Below the pieces are notes generated by a model. That model saw only the letters and a program-made list of their open reading frames with translations. It did not search any database and had not been told where the DNA came from. A program made the translations under genes and the position numbers. Of a stretch of DNA of 64,000 nt, positions 32,401-42,800 are shown in pieces (the stretch's first letter is position 1; every line of letters begins with the position of its first letter). The stretch spans positions 1,856,001 to 1,920,000 of the forward strand of contig OZ253470.1 of the NCBI GenBank assembly GCA_965261735.1. Direction: 5' to 3'. Source of the stretch: Alphaproteobacteria bacterium (GTDB lineage Bacteria > Pseudomonadota > Alphaproteobacteria > SHVV01).

Positions 32401-32779
32401 GAATGACGATTTCACGGTTACCGCAGGCTGGGGCCACTACGGCCAAGGTGATGCCGTGATGCCCGGTCAAGGTCGAGTCACTGAACGCGCCTTCGCGTCG
32501 GAGGAACGCGCCGCAATGGGCGACGCCCTGCCTGTTCTTGGCGAAACGACCTTAGACGTGTACCTCAATAGTACGGCGTTCTGGCGTAACGTCCCGGCAG
32601 CCATCTGGGCCTACAAGCTCGGCGGCTATCAGGTTCTCAAGAAATGGCTGTCGTACCGCGAAAGCGGTATTCTAGGCCGCCCGCTCAACGCAGAAGAAGT
32701 CCGGCACTTCACCGACACAGCAAGAAGGATCGCGGCGATTATAATTGGACAGGGTCGGAACATCATACATGACAGATAA
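29426..32779 (+). CDS. Single-chain restriction-modification enzyme (PD-(D/E)XK nuclease + N6-adenine MTase + Type ISP/LlaBIII-like specificity region; no helicase)
   Basis: PDFG..VVEVK; YFYEPFL..LGVWYTP; motif I DPCCGTG; motif IV GNPPY; YRPFD and GGYQVLKKWLSYR in the C-terminus. Confidence 0.85.
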   Translation: MTGTNKKLTAAVEAYCADLGRVRASGGATGERSNYGPLANLLNAIGAALKPKVFCVGELANQGAGHPDFGLYAAKQVQRGRPREGQIPERGVVEVKAADDDAWLTAAGDQVSRYWGRYRLVLVTNLRDFVLVGEDAAGRPAKLETFRLADSADDFWRKVEKPRALANAAGAGLGEYLARALSHRAALSEPKDLAWLLASYARDGLARVEAAGDAPALAAVRGALEDALGVRFEGARGARFFHSTLVQTLFYGIFSAWVLWARQSSTPIGGFDWRTAVWHLRAPVLAALFQQLSQPGRLQPLGLVEVLDWTASALDRVDRDAFFSRFNEGEAVPYFYEPFLKSFDPALRKQLGVWYTPTEVVRYMVARVDKSLKDDLGIPEGLAAENVYVLDPCCGTGAYLAEVLRRIAANLEGQGLGALAGARVKQAATERVFGFEIMPAPFVVSHLQIGLTMQDLDAPLADDGTERAGVFLTNALTGWEPHTTKPLPFPELEEERDRAERVKQERPILVILGNPPYNGFAGMAVDEERELSEAYRSTNRVRRPEGQGLNDLYVRFFRMAERRIIEKTGHGVVCFISNYSWLDGLSFTGMRERYLDAFDAIRIDCLNGDKYKTGKVAPDGTPDPSIFSTEGDPVGIQVGTAVATLVRKAEHKPADGVDFRHLWGQAKPTELIATAETEPDALYSPIEPVLPLGLPFTHTAASVGWFDWPSLPELFPASFPGVKTSRDGFLVDTDLDRLRARIADYFDPGLSHEDIARCYPVVMKTTARFDARAVRDALLKRGGPNEAGFVPFAYRPFDNRWLYWEKDTKLLDEKRADYRPHVFESNLWLGSSKREIQANFTHGTLVHDLANWKYGFWGVHLFPAWLLGDGLDSNDGARRANLSATAQRYLDRLDLNVEDLFHHVLTVMHDPAYREDNAGGFRMGWPHIPLPGWPDGDAESAKTALARSAALGRELAALLDPNTPVPGITQAPLRPEIATTAVPATAIGRNMVNDDFTVTAGWGHYGQGDAVMPGQGRVTERAFASEERAAMGDALPVLGETTLDVYLNSTAFWRNVPAAIWAYKLGGYQVLKKWLSYRESGILGRPLNAEEVRHFTDTARRIAAIIIGQGRNIIHDR

Positions 32780-33551
32780 CCACGCCATTCAGAGTTTGCA
32801 GAAACTAGGTGCTGCGGTGCAACGATTGGTAGAACCCCTTCAGCCCTTCATTCAATCAATGCAACGTGTCTCTCAGGCTATCGCGCCTGTCCTCGAAGGG
32901 ATAGCTCCGTACATCGAACACTTTGTGAAATATCACAAATTCATCGATTCAGTCCGTCCAACGGGCTGGCTACCTTATCATACTGTATCATTGGACTATG
33001 TTGAAGAATGTGGAGACGATGTTTCTCTGCTCGAAGCCCGTCTGGCAGAATTCTACGAGAACAATTGGCAAGACATCCGTCAAGATATCAAAACAAGAAT
33101 GGATCGCTATCACATATCAGGGGAAACCAAAGCGACATTTCTCGAAGCGCTTTCTGCACATGACGTGGGACACTATAGGTGTGTTTGTCGTGTGTTATTT
33201 CCGGAAATTGACAGAGAGTTTCGGATTCACTTTTTTGAAGACGCCGCTGGTTCAATTTCCTCGAAGAGAATGCTGGAGAGATTTGAGAATCGAACAACAC
33301 TAAGAGACGTCCTGCCAAGAGAGGCATATGGTTGGATACTATTTGATCGACTTGTTCATCACTTGTATGAACCAGTCCATGATAGTAATAGGGCTAAATA
33401 TGAGGAGGATTACGTTCCAAACCGTCATGCATCTACCCACGGACTTGTTCCATACTCTACGTTTAAACACAGCATGAACATGATTATTATGGCAGACTAT
33501 ATTTTTCAGATACTTACTTCGAGGGTTGAGCTGACATCGCCGAAGCAATAA
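32769..33551 (+). CDS. Hypothetical protein with a putative HEPN motif
   Basis: 260 aa, AT-richer, start overlaps the RM gene end; NRHASTHG (Rx4H) near the C-terminus. Confidence 0.65.
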   Translation: MTDNHAIQSLQKLGAAVQRLVEPLQPFIQSMQRVSQAIAPVLEGIAPYIEHFVKYHKFIDSVRPTGWLPYHTVSLDYVEECGDDVSLLEARLAEFYENNWQDIRQDIKTRMDRYHISGETKATFLEALSAHDVGHYRCVCRVLFPEIDREFRIHFFEDAAGSISSKRMLERFENRTTLRDVLPREAYGWILFDRLVHHLYEPVHDSNRAKYEEDYVPNRHASTHGLVPYSTFKHSMNMIIMADYIFQILTSRVELTSPKQ

Positions 33552-33829
33552 TGCTCCCGATCTGTTCGGTGGCCTCCACGAGATGGTTGTTGGCGAGATG
33601 CGCATAGCCCGCCGTGGTTCGGTGCCGTCGGCACCCGAGCAGGGAGAAGAACCCAGATTCGGATCGGGGCGAGTACAGGACTACGGGGCAGCGCCCGCCC
33701 GGAGGCTGGTTTGGTGAGTGGGGGCCTGAAGGGCTCGCAATGGAGCCGTTCGTGAGCGTCCCGCGTGACCGCCCTTCTGGCGGGTCAATGTGATGCCGCA
33801 GTTTTCTATGGTGACGATCCGGAGGTCGA

Positions 33830-34080
33830 TGGTGCCGGACCACCTGCCGCGCGAGGAGACGGTTCTCGCGCCGGGCGATCACTGCGCGGACTGCGGCGGC
33901 CGTCTCAAGCGTCTCGGCGAGGAGCTGGAGTACAGACCGGGACGCTTCGTGGTAAGGCGCATCGTGCGCCCGTGCCTGGTCTGTCGTAGGTGTGCGACGT
34001 TCCACCAGGCGCCCTTGCCGATGCGGCCGATCGAGCGCTGCCGTCCCGGCCCCGGCCTTCTGGCCCATGTGCTGGTTGTA
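33830..34080 (+). pseudogene. IS66-family transposase (TnpC) zinc-finger fragment
   Basis: PDHLPREE..CADCGG.L..LGE..LEYRP..F.V.R.VRP..C..C..QAP.P.RPI....PGPGLLAHVLV. Confidence 0.8.
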
Positions 34081-34616
34081 TGGACGCCTCCCGGAGCGCA
34101 AGTGCGATTTTCGTTTGGTGTAGACGTGCGATTTCAGGGCGACGGCGAAGGCCGACACCCCTGCCTGTGATGCCCTGCCCTCATTGGGGCACCTCGCTGG
34201 ATCGGCGCTCGCAAATCGATTCGTGGGGCCGGCATCGTTTGGCAGCACGTGCCACCGCCGGTCGCCGGTGCGCTGCGGGAAACCATGCCCAAGCGGCCGC
34301 ACCATCGGAGGAGAGAATATGACGGTTGTGGTACCCGGAAAGGAGCGGAATCGACACGTGGTTTCAATGCGATAGCGAAGGCCGGTGCCTTGCCTGAGAT
34401 GATCTACCGTCATCGAGGGTAAGCGTGACAAGGCTGCGCTTGTCGTTCCAACGGTGCTGACTTTCATGGCTCCAGGTTCTTCCCAACCTGGCAATGAGTG
34501 CCGAGGATACACGCGGGTTTGAGTCTTGTCGGAGACCCATACGGTGCCCCGACGGGCCGAGAAAGGCGGCGGCTCCAATGCCCCGCTCCCGATGCAGGAG
34601 GAGAACCGCTCTGGAG

Positions 34617-35000
34617 CTACCCGGCCTGCGGCGCATGCCGGTCGATCGCGCTGTCGCGCAGCGTCTGTTCGAGCAGGCGGAACGGCTCGAGGTCCTCGGC
34701 GGCGCGCCGGGTGACGAAGCCGGTGCGTCAGCGGCGCCGGCCGAAGGCGAGCGGCAGCGGCCTGAGCCGCGGCGCGGCCAGCCGGTCGAGGTAGTCGAGC
34801 GGCAGCCAGGCGAGCCAGGGCCCGGTCGACATCGGGAACAGGCCGGCGGCGCCGGCCCGGAGCACGGTCGCGGCGCGCCGGCCGGTGTCGCGGAACAGCC
34901 TCTCCAGCAGGCGGTCGAGGGCGGGCGGGTCGAAGTCGATCCACGGCCAGGCGGTGAGATCGCCGGGTGCGGGAGTGCCCTCCAGCAGCGGATGGCCCTC
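34617..35000 (-). pseudogene. LysR-type substrate-binding domain fragment with an internal stop
   Basis: HPLL....PGDLTAWPWI..., LAWLP..., LRPLP; TGA at 34728-34730; no HTH domain. Confidence 0.5.
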
Positions 35001-36062
35001 GAAGGAGGTCCCGCCGGACGACCTGACCCTGGAGCAGGCGCTCGCTCTGCTGGAGCCGCAGGAACGATGAAGCGCGGCAGCGGCATGCGGGAGGGTATCG
35101 TCTTTGGTGGTCGGTGCTTGCGCTCGCCGTTGTTGTTCCGGCCTTCTTCCTGCTCGGCGTATTGGTCGAGTTGCAGTTCGAGATTGTTCCCCGGCACGAT
35201 CCGAGCGGCGGCTGGAGCCGCCACATCTGGGACAACTATGGCCCTGCCATCGCCGAGTGCGCGATGGAAGCAAAGCGGGCGGACCGGGCGGTGAAGTGTT
35301 CGTTCGACGTTCGTAAACCATAATCGGCGCAGGCGCTGAACCGCCGCCGCCGAACTGTGTTTTCCATGCTGTCGATCACAGGAGGCATGTCAATCAGGCA
35401 ATTATCGAGATCAGCCACGTCGCTGGAACCTACTCCCCATCGGTCGGCTGCACGGAAATGCCGTCATCCACGGCAGTCATGTCTACTGCCACATACCGCA
35501 TAAACTCCAATCCGATCGTCGTTACCTGCCCCTACGCACGCCGGGAAGCTGCAGGGCCTCGGTGTTTCCGAACTGCTCAACATTGTGCTCAACTGTTGGG
35601 ACACAAAGAGATTTTCCGTATTGTGCCGCCTATGGGTAGCCCAGAGAACATTTGCCAGGATCGGTCTCCGTCGCCGTTTGTTAAGAGAATGCGAGCTAAC
35701 ACTTGCAAGTTCTAATGCGCAGGCGAAACTGACTGCATACCTGTTCATGATGCGGCTGGTCACGAGATGCCGACCAAACGAGAACCTGTTTATCCCTGAA
35801 AGTCATCCGGCAATGAGGAGGCGATAGGGCATGGGCGTGAGTGTCGCGGATAAGCAGGAACGAGAATGCTACTTGATTTTGGATCGAGACTTATGATTCG
35901 GTCTCAAAGACCGAGCTTCCCCGCATCCCATGTGCTCTCGATGCCTCCAGCCATCTCGCGTCAAACCAATTCTCTCCATCTGTGGCAACCAATAATTGGG
36001 TCTTGCTACGTTTCTAGAGTTATGCGCAATTTGTGACAAGCACCTAACGGAAGGCATTGGGT

Positions 36063-37070
36063 ATGATCGGAAGAAAGTCTTTAACCGTTCATTATCGTCG
36101 AATGGAGGATCCTGTGGGTGCCCTGAATGGCACGACACTTGAACTCGCCGTCCGCAAGGCAATGGATATGCCGATCAATGGCACAACCATTTCTGCAAAC
36201 TGGAATGAACGAGCGTGGCTTTTTCCTCCCGAAAATACCGACACTTACCTAATGAACATTTTCCATGATGACGGGATAAGTTTTTTCGGAGATCTTACTG
36301 TCTATACAAGTGGGTTTTTGCAAACACTCCTCAAAAATGAGCCAGACGTCCCTATGCTATCAGTCGAACAACACGCTCCGCCTAATAATCGTGAATATAT
36401 TCATTCTATGATGTATTGGCTAATTGTTGGGAACCACGTTCTCCTAATTCAAAGCCGATCGTTAACCTCCAAACACCTTGAACAATATCTGACTTGGCTT
36501 CTTAAAGACAAGACCCAGGAGATGGCAGGTAACGGCCACGTCATCCTAAATGCCAAGTTTGACGGTGATCAAGTGGGCGGTGACTTAGACGACGTTAAGG
36601 AAATCATTGTAGGCGGCACGGGAGTCCTCCAAGCTGCTATGCTCGACCGGCTCCCTCCACCTCCTGCCCAGGAACGTGATGTTGAACGCCATGTCGACAT
36701 CGATGAGCAAAGAGGGTGGGGAGAACGAGCCCTACGTGTCTTGACGGCTATCATGAGCAATGAAGCGGACGTTCAGCGGTTGCTGAATACCATCCCTCAA
36801 GATGCCGACCTCGATGTCTCAGTGCGCATAGGATACAAAACCTTACGTCGAACAGTGTCTCGCGCACCCATGCAACAAGCGCTTCGTAATTTACCTGATG
36901 GGGAAATTACGGCGATTGGAAAGTATGGTCGTGTAACAGGCGAGGACATTCGCCTTAGCTATCCAATTCGTGTTCAAACGAATGGTAGCCTTTTAGACCT
37001 CGAAGACGTACGTTCAAAACTCCGCTCGGCTTACAACCACTTTGTGGAAAATGGGAAGATCGACCCTTGA
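36063..37070 (+). CDS. Hypothetical soluble protein, possibly RexA/KwaB/RdgC-like
   Basis: Intact 335-aa lower-GC ORF; fold guess from the beta-rich pattern (VHYRR, FFGDL, YWLIVGNHVLL, LEQYLTWLL) and the membrane partner. Confidence 0.7.
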   Translation: MIGRKSLTVHYRRMEDPVGALNGTTLELAVRKAMDMPINGTTISANWNERAWLFPPENTDTYLMNIFHDDGISFFGDLTVYTSGFLQTLLKNEPDVPMLSVEQHAPPNNREYIHSMMYWLIVGNHVLLIQSRSLTSKHLEQYLTWLLKDKTQEMAGNGHVILNAKFDGDQVGGDLDDVKEIIVGGTGVLQAAMLDRLPPPPAQERDVERHVDIDEQRGWGERALRVLTAIMSNEADVQRLLNTIPQDADLDVSVRIGYKTLRRTVSRAPMQQALRNLPDGEITAIGKYGRVTGEDIRLSYPIRVQTNGSLLDLEDVRSKLRSAYNHFVENGKIDP

Positions 37071-37080
37071 CGGTAGCAGG

Positions 37081-37686
37081 ATGTCTGCGGTGCGATGGGT
37101 AAAGACTAGGTGGGACTTCGCCTCTGCGTTGATTCTAGCGCTGATAGGGGGGTTGGCGCTCACGCCAGATGCACCCAAGGCAGTAACTACAGAACTCATA
37201 TCGTTTTTCAGTATTCAGGCAGCGGTAATACTTCCAGCCATGATCTTTACTGCTGGCATAATGCGTTCCAACGGTTTAGAGCATTCGCAGGCTAAGCGAT
37301 ATCATGAGGCCCTCAAACAACAAATGACCTTTTGGTCGGTATTGCTGGCCCTCGACTTCTCGTCAGTTGTTCTGTTAATTATTGGAAAGGCTACATCATG
37401 GTCCTTGCCAGCTTTACTGATAGGTAATGACTATAGCGTGAACCTCGACGCATTATATATCGCTTGCCTTTCCTTTGTTGGCTCTCTCGCTCTCTTGCGA
37501 ACCATTCCTTTTATTCGCGGCGTATTTAGTCTACTTTCTTTGAATAGCGAAATGATTTTGGCGGAGATAAGACGTAGAAATCAACAGGAGGCCAAAGAGC
37601 GCAGAAGCCACACCGAACAGAACCCTATTAAGTTGCCGAAGGGATATGGAGCCATTGTCCCCAACGAAGAAAAAGACAATAGCTGA
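37081..37686 (+). CDS. Hypothetical membrane protein (about 4 TM helices, charged C-terminal tail)
   Basis: Four hydrophobic segments; 10 bp downstream of the preceding gene. Confidence 0.75.
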   Translation: MSAVRWVKTRWDFASALILALIGGLALTPDAPKAVTTELISFFSIQAAVILPAMIFTAGIMRSNGLEHSQAKRYHEALKQQMTFWSVLLALDFSSVVLLIIGKATSWSLPALLIGNDYSVNLDALYIACLSFVGSLALLRTIPFIRGVFSLLSLNSEMILAEIRRRNQQEAKERRSHTEQNPIKLPKGYGAIVPNEEKDNS

Positions 37687-37858
37687 CTATTGCTTCAACG
37701 CCGTTGTCTTGGCGTTTAGTTTGCTTTCCTCCAATCAGGAAAGTCGTTGGAATTCTGTGCTGTCTCGAGAAAATGCTGGGCGTTTTACAACGCAACATCA
37801 CAACAAGAAACAAACCTTACTATCAACTTCTAGCGCCCTACTCAGCCTGTAGCCTAAT

Positions 37859-39874
37859 TCACTGTGCATCGCACACATCGTGATTCATTGCCCTCCGGAA
37901 TGACGACACAAGTGCAGATGCGTGTGCGATGTTGATCTGGTCCCCGTCAGTCATCCTCAGATTTTTATCGGCAAGTGCTTTGGACCAGCGCTCTGCTTCA
38001 TGTCGCCCCGCGTTTTGATCTTCTGGATCGATTGATAGGGTTGGTAAGGGTTCGCCTAGCCGACATACCATCACGGCATCCCAAGAAATCGATCGCGCAC
38101 GCTTGTGTAGACTTGCACTGCTATCGCCATAAAGGGGAAACGTACAAATTGGCGTCAACCCCGCCTTGGCCATTGCAGAGGCGATGGCGTGCCAACCACG
38201 CCCGTCCAGATTTTGGTAGGTGAATACAACCCGGCCCTCAGGCTTGCAGACTCGGCGGATCTCTCGAAAGACGTTAGCCAGTTGTCGGGCGAAACGACGC
38301 TCTGACTTACTTGTTCGAGTCATCTGTGCGATTTGCCCCTTCGGAAAACCGCCCTTTCCACGTCTGCTTATTAATCGAAAACGACGAAACCATGGACTAA
38401 AGAAATGACCGAGTTCCGAATAGGAAATGTAATCGAAGTAAGGCGGGTCGGTGAGGACAAGATCGACTGTCTCCGATAGTATATGTTTCATTTTGCGGGC
38501 ATCACCGCAAATAACCTCCGTTGAACCACCGACTGAATCCCTGGTTCGCTTGAACAGTCCTCTCGGGCTTGGCTCTCGCGGATCCTTCAGTCCTTGCGAG
38601 GCCCGCGTTACGGCGCGTACTGAATTGGGGTAGGTCCCTCGCCCGTTATTTCGGAGCCATGGGTTGATCTCCACTGGTCGAGCTATATGGCGGTATGCGC
38701 GAATCGCGAACAGGGGAGCAAGCCGGCGCCACCCGCCAGCGTAGGTACACAACATGTTGGTCGTCGTTAGGTGGTCCGAGAAGGCAAACGCCAAACCGTC
38801 ACGTGCTGCACCTTTTACATCTTCAATTGCCGCTCCCAGTAACGCGAGATGAAGTTTCTGCCGTGCGTTGAACATCTCGAGGTAGTCTCGATAGCCGTAG
38901 TCGATCAGACGGTTGTCGGATCGACCCGTTCGCGGAATCGGACCTGCAGGCAAGGTATCCGGGTTCTCCAAAAGGAGTTGCTCAAGCCGACGTTCCGCCT
39001 TCCGGTAACAAATTCGATCGAATTCAGTAGCAGAGCGGATCGTTCGATCACGGATCTTTACCCTTCGGGCGTCGCCAACCGGTAGAGTCTCTACCGCAAA
39101 CATGCGGAACGTCGGGGGTACCCCTATCCGACGCGCATAGTCAATGAGCGCCTCCTGTTGACGACATCGGGGACAACTGGCCTTGCCATGTTCAACGCGG
39201 CCACCAGAGCACGGAGTTTCCGCTCCGCATGCACAAGTCACGCTTACAGCGTCCACATCCGCCTGAATGATGGAACTGCATGCGCCACAGGCAACCCACT
39301 GCCGGGATTCAACATCACTCCAAGCAAGGCGGAATTTCGGATGCGCATCGAACAAGAAACCGCACGTTTGACAATGAACCGTCTGAACCCAGAAGGCGTG
39401 CAGCAATGTTTCGGATCGGCCGTTAGCATCCTGTGCCTCATAGAATGGAGCTAGCTCGCATCCGACAGTTTCCACCAAGTGCTGCAAGGGCTCTTCTAAG
39501 TCGGGTAGATCGCGAAGCCTCGTCTGGAAGCGCGCGATCGCCGCAGCCACCGGCTCGATATCTACTCCCCGCGCGGACGCGCCAAGACGGGAAGCCTCAA
39601 GCAGCATGACACCACCGCCGACGAAGGGATCGAGTACGGTGTACCCCTTCATCACGTCGCCCTTGTAGAAGTTCCGCCAGAACGATTCCGAATGATCGCA
39701 CGCGGAACCGACTAGAAGGGCACGTGCAGTGACGGCAAGCCGCCGCGCGAACCATTTGTGTGCTTGGTAAACATCTCGAGGACGAACGCCCTCGCGCATT
39801 GCAATTCGAGCCAGTTCGGCAACAGGCAGGTCGCCCTTGTCCAATATAGATTCGGAGGGCAACGACCGAGTCAT
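37859..39874 (-). CDS. Zn-ribbon-containing amino-DNA methyltransferase (COG1743/DUF1156-like)
   Basis: HKWFARR, motif I VLDPFVGGG, several Cys pairs, motif IV LTDPPYFDYISYSEL, PEGRVVFTY. Confidence 0.85.
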   Translation of the reverse strand: MTRSLPSESILDKGDLPVAELARIAMREGVRPRDVYQAHKWFARRLAVTARALLVGSACDHSESFWRNFYKGDVMKGYTVLDPFVGGGVMLLEASRLGASARGVDIEPVAAAIARFQTRLRDLPDLEEPLQHLVETVGCELAPFYEAQDANGRSETLLHAFWVQTVHCQTCGFLFDAHPKFRLAWSDVESRQWVACGACSSIIQADVDAVSVTCACGAETPCSGGRVEHGKASCPRCRQQEALIDYARRIGVPPTFRMFAVETLPVGDARRVKIRDRTIRSATEFDRICYRKAERRLEQLLLENPDTLPAGPIPRTGRSDNRLIDYGYRDYLEMFNARQKLHLALLGAAIEDVKGAARDGLAFAFSDHLTTTNMLCTYAGGWRRLAPLFAIRAYRHIARPVEINPWLRNNGRGTYPNSVRAVTRASQGLKDPREPSPRGLFKRTRDSVGGSTEVICGDARKMKHILSETVDLVLTDPPYFDYISYSELGHFFSPWFRRFRLISRRGKGGFPKGQIAQMTRTSKSERRFARQLANVFREIRRVCKPEGRVVFTYQNLDGRGWHAIASAMAKAGLTPICTFPLYGDSSASLHKRARSISWDAVMVCRLGEPLPTLSIDPEDQNAGRHEAERWSKALADKNLRMTDGDQINIAHASALVSSFRRAMNHDVCDAQ

Positions 39875-42800
39875 CGAAATTTCAATTCACATGTCCCGAA
39901 CACCGGTAAGCTAATCTGTTCCGAGCGAGTGAGAAAACCGTCAACGAAATGTTTAAGCAAACGCGACTCTTCCAACGTGCGCCGGTCACGCGGGAGATAG
40001 TCGACAAGCGATCGACTGATAAGAGCAATGAATTTTGCTTGCGCCCGCGAGGCCGTGACATTGAAACGGTTGAGAGAATACATAAACGTCTCTTCAGCGG
40101 CGATCTGATCCGCATCCCCTAGTCCGAAACTCGCGAGCATCACTGCCTTTTCCTGACCTTGGAAGCGTTCGACAGTATCGATACTGTCGAATACGGCATT
40201 ACGATCGACCTGATCCGGGAGTACCGCAGCCAAACGATCAAATACAGCCGCCTGCTGTGCTCGATGTGGCGTGACGACGCCGACACCTCTCCGGAAAAAG
40301 TCTTCCGCTGAGTAGGGTTGTCCCTCTTCAGCTTCTAAGTCACAGAGACCGGCCCGGAACAAAGCGAGGATCAGCCCCGCGGCAAGATCCGCCTCACCGT
40401 CATTGCGCTGGCTGCTGAAGCGATCACTGTGAACGACAGCAACGAGCGGGTACTCCGGAGCGGTGATACGGGCTAAATGCGGAGAAAATGGTAATTGCTC
40501 AGGCCAGTCAATCGGCTGGATCGTTTCGATCTCCCGAACAGTGTCGATTCTTAGGTCAGCATTCCCTTCGGCAGCTTCCAAGTCTTCGCCGTATCCGGCC
40601 TCGCGCACGAACTCAACAATCTCACAATTGGAGCGGAAGCTGCGGTTTAGCATCACCGGTTCAATCTCGAACTGCGGTCCTTCATGCTTACGGTAGTGGC
40701 GGAAAAAGTCGTAGATCGACCCCACCAGGTGCTCCAAGCCGTCAGGCGCCTCAAGCGGGTGAATGGGCGCCATCTGCTTGTCATCGCCTACTACGACTAC
40801 GCGGGCACCTTCAGCGAGCTTACTAAACGCTACGACAGCGTGCGCCACGTCCAGTTGGGATGCCTCGTCGATCAATATGATGTCAAATAGTGATACGCAC
40901 TGGGCTGGTGCGCCCAGCTTGTACAATTGATCCACTGTGCTTGCGACGATCGTTACACCGTCCTCTTCGCTCAATCTTCGCTCCAGTTCCACCCGCCTGG
41001 GATTGGCGTCGTCCATGGGGACCACGAAGTCGGCCAACTGAGGATCCACGCCCCTCGTCGTCGCCCTGGAATTCAGCCGGCTCAGGCGGACATCCTCCGC
41101 GACAGCAGCGTTCACAAGAAGCTCCGGCAGACGACGAGCGACGTTGTCTATCGCCACCCATGTAAATCCGGAAATAGCGATGCGGAGCGGACGCCCCTCC
41201 CTAACGGCCTCAACGGCAATTGCGGTGAGATACGCTTGCGCTGTACGGCTCTTTCCCGTGCCAGGAGGGCCCCACCAGAGGGCGAGGCGGCGTGTAACGG
41301 CTCGAGTAATAGCTGCACTTTGACGCTCCGTTAGATCAGGCATCGACCGTTGCGCAATAGCAAGTACCGGACCTGGTGCCGCCGCTGATTCTGTTCTAGC
41401 CAACTGGTCGGCATTCCAGATGAACTCAGCGGCGGTACTGTCCGCGTCCCCGACACGCGGCCGACCTCCCCGCACCCGAGCTACATGTTGAGTCGGAAAC
41501 AATGGACGCTGCTGCGCGAGCGGAGGATTGCGGATTCCAGATCGATCCTCCAGGGTTCTGCGAAGCTTTTGGGTAAATACATCCATGGCCACGAGGTCCA
41601 GGATTCCGAAGCGACCTCTTGGGCCATCAAGGTTCATCTGCAGGAGGCCGAGCCGCAGAGTCTCGGCAAGCAGTTCACTAACTTCCACTGCTAGCAACTG
41701 ATTCCTACGATCAACTCTGAGGATATTGACCTTCAAGTCCTCACGGAGTTTTGTCCGCCACTCCCAGGGATTAATGGGTAAGGCATCCTGGATGGCCGGG
41801 TTCGTGGTTTTGAACTGCGCCACAGTAAGATCCTGGAGTTCCGGCAGATCCGCCTCGGGCAAAAACGACCAAGTGAACTCGCCTTCTTTTAAGCGCGCTT
41901 CCCTGGATCGCGCGGAAAGACGAAACAAATAAACAGTATCGTCCGCCGCCCGACCAGCAAGGCCAACTGCTTGAAGACCATCCCTACGCTCAGCCCCCAC
42001 CAATACGGCCTCGACTCGTGCCGAGTGATAGCGTGCCTCACGCTCGTGAGGAGGCATCGCCATCAAGAGGTCGACTTGTAGCCGTTGAGCAGCGGCCATG
42101 AGGCGTGTGTGCTGGTAAAGTATCTGTCCGTCGTCCCCCACTCCCGTAACCCTACCGGCTGGCTGGAAAACATCGCCGACCCGAGGTGCTTGGGATCTGA
42201 GGTCGTCTTGTAGAAACCCGATCAGCTTTTCCGCCACATAAGTGATGGCATGCAACTTTCGCCGGACTACCTTTCGCATCTCCTCCTGGTGCCACTGGAA
42301 GTCCTGATTCAAGAACGGCGAGGTTCGATTCCAGATTTCATGGCCACGCTCGGAAGGTACTTGGTCAGACAAAGGATCCCGGTAAAACTTGTTAACGTGG
42401 AACCACCATCGCTCACCGTTAGGAAGGTTTCGGCTCTCTGGCTCCAGTTCATTTGCCAAATCGATCAGGCCGTAGTGGTGCGGAATAGGCACTGCCATGA
42501 GGCTATTCACGGCGTCGGAGACAATTGTAATCGGAGAAGAGCGACTGACGAAATCGGGCTCCTCAAGCAAGCTATCTGCCGGAAACACCCAAGCTATCGG
42601 GTTGAGATCTGCTTGCCCTACCAATACTGGATCCTGCACGATATCCAAGTGACGTCCGAAAATGCGGCATAAATGATGGTACGTAAGCTGGTCCCACAAG
42701 AAGAACTGTACTGTGACGTCAGCCTTATCCGCATCACCCTGGTTGTGGTAGCCTTCCAGAATATCTGTCCGAACCCGGTGGATATCCTCGACTAGGTGTC

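Noticed and set aside
33514-35235. 573-aa minus-strand ORF
   Set aside because: Low-complexity translation running across several unrelated remnants, with no coherent domain.
35330-36050. Short ORFs upstream of the RexAB-like pair
   Set aside because: No recognisable motifs, SD sequences or coding-like pattern, so left unannotated.
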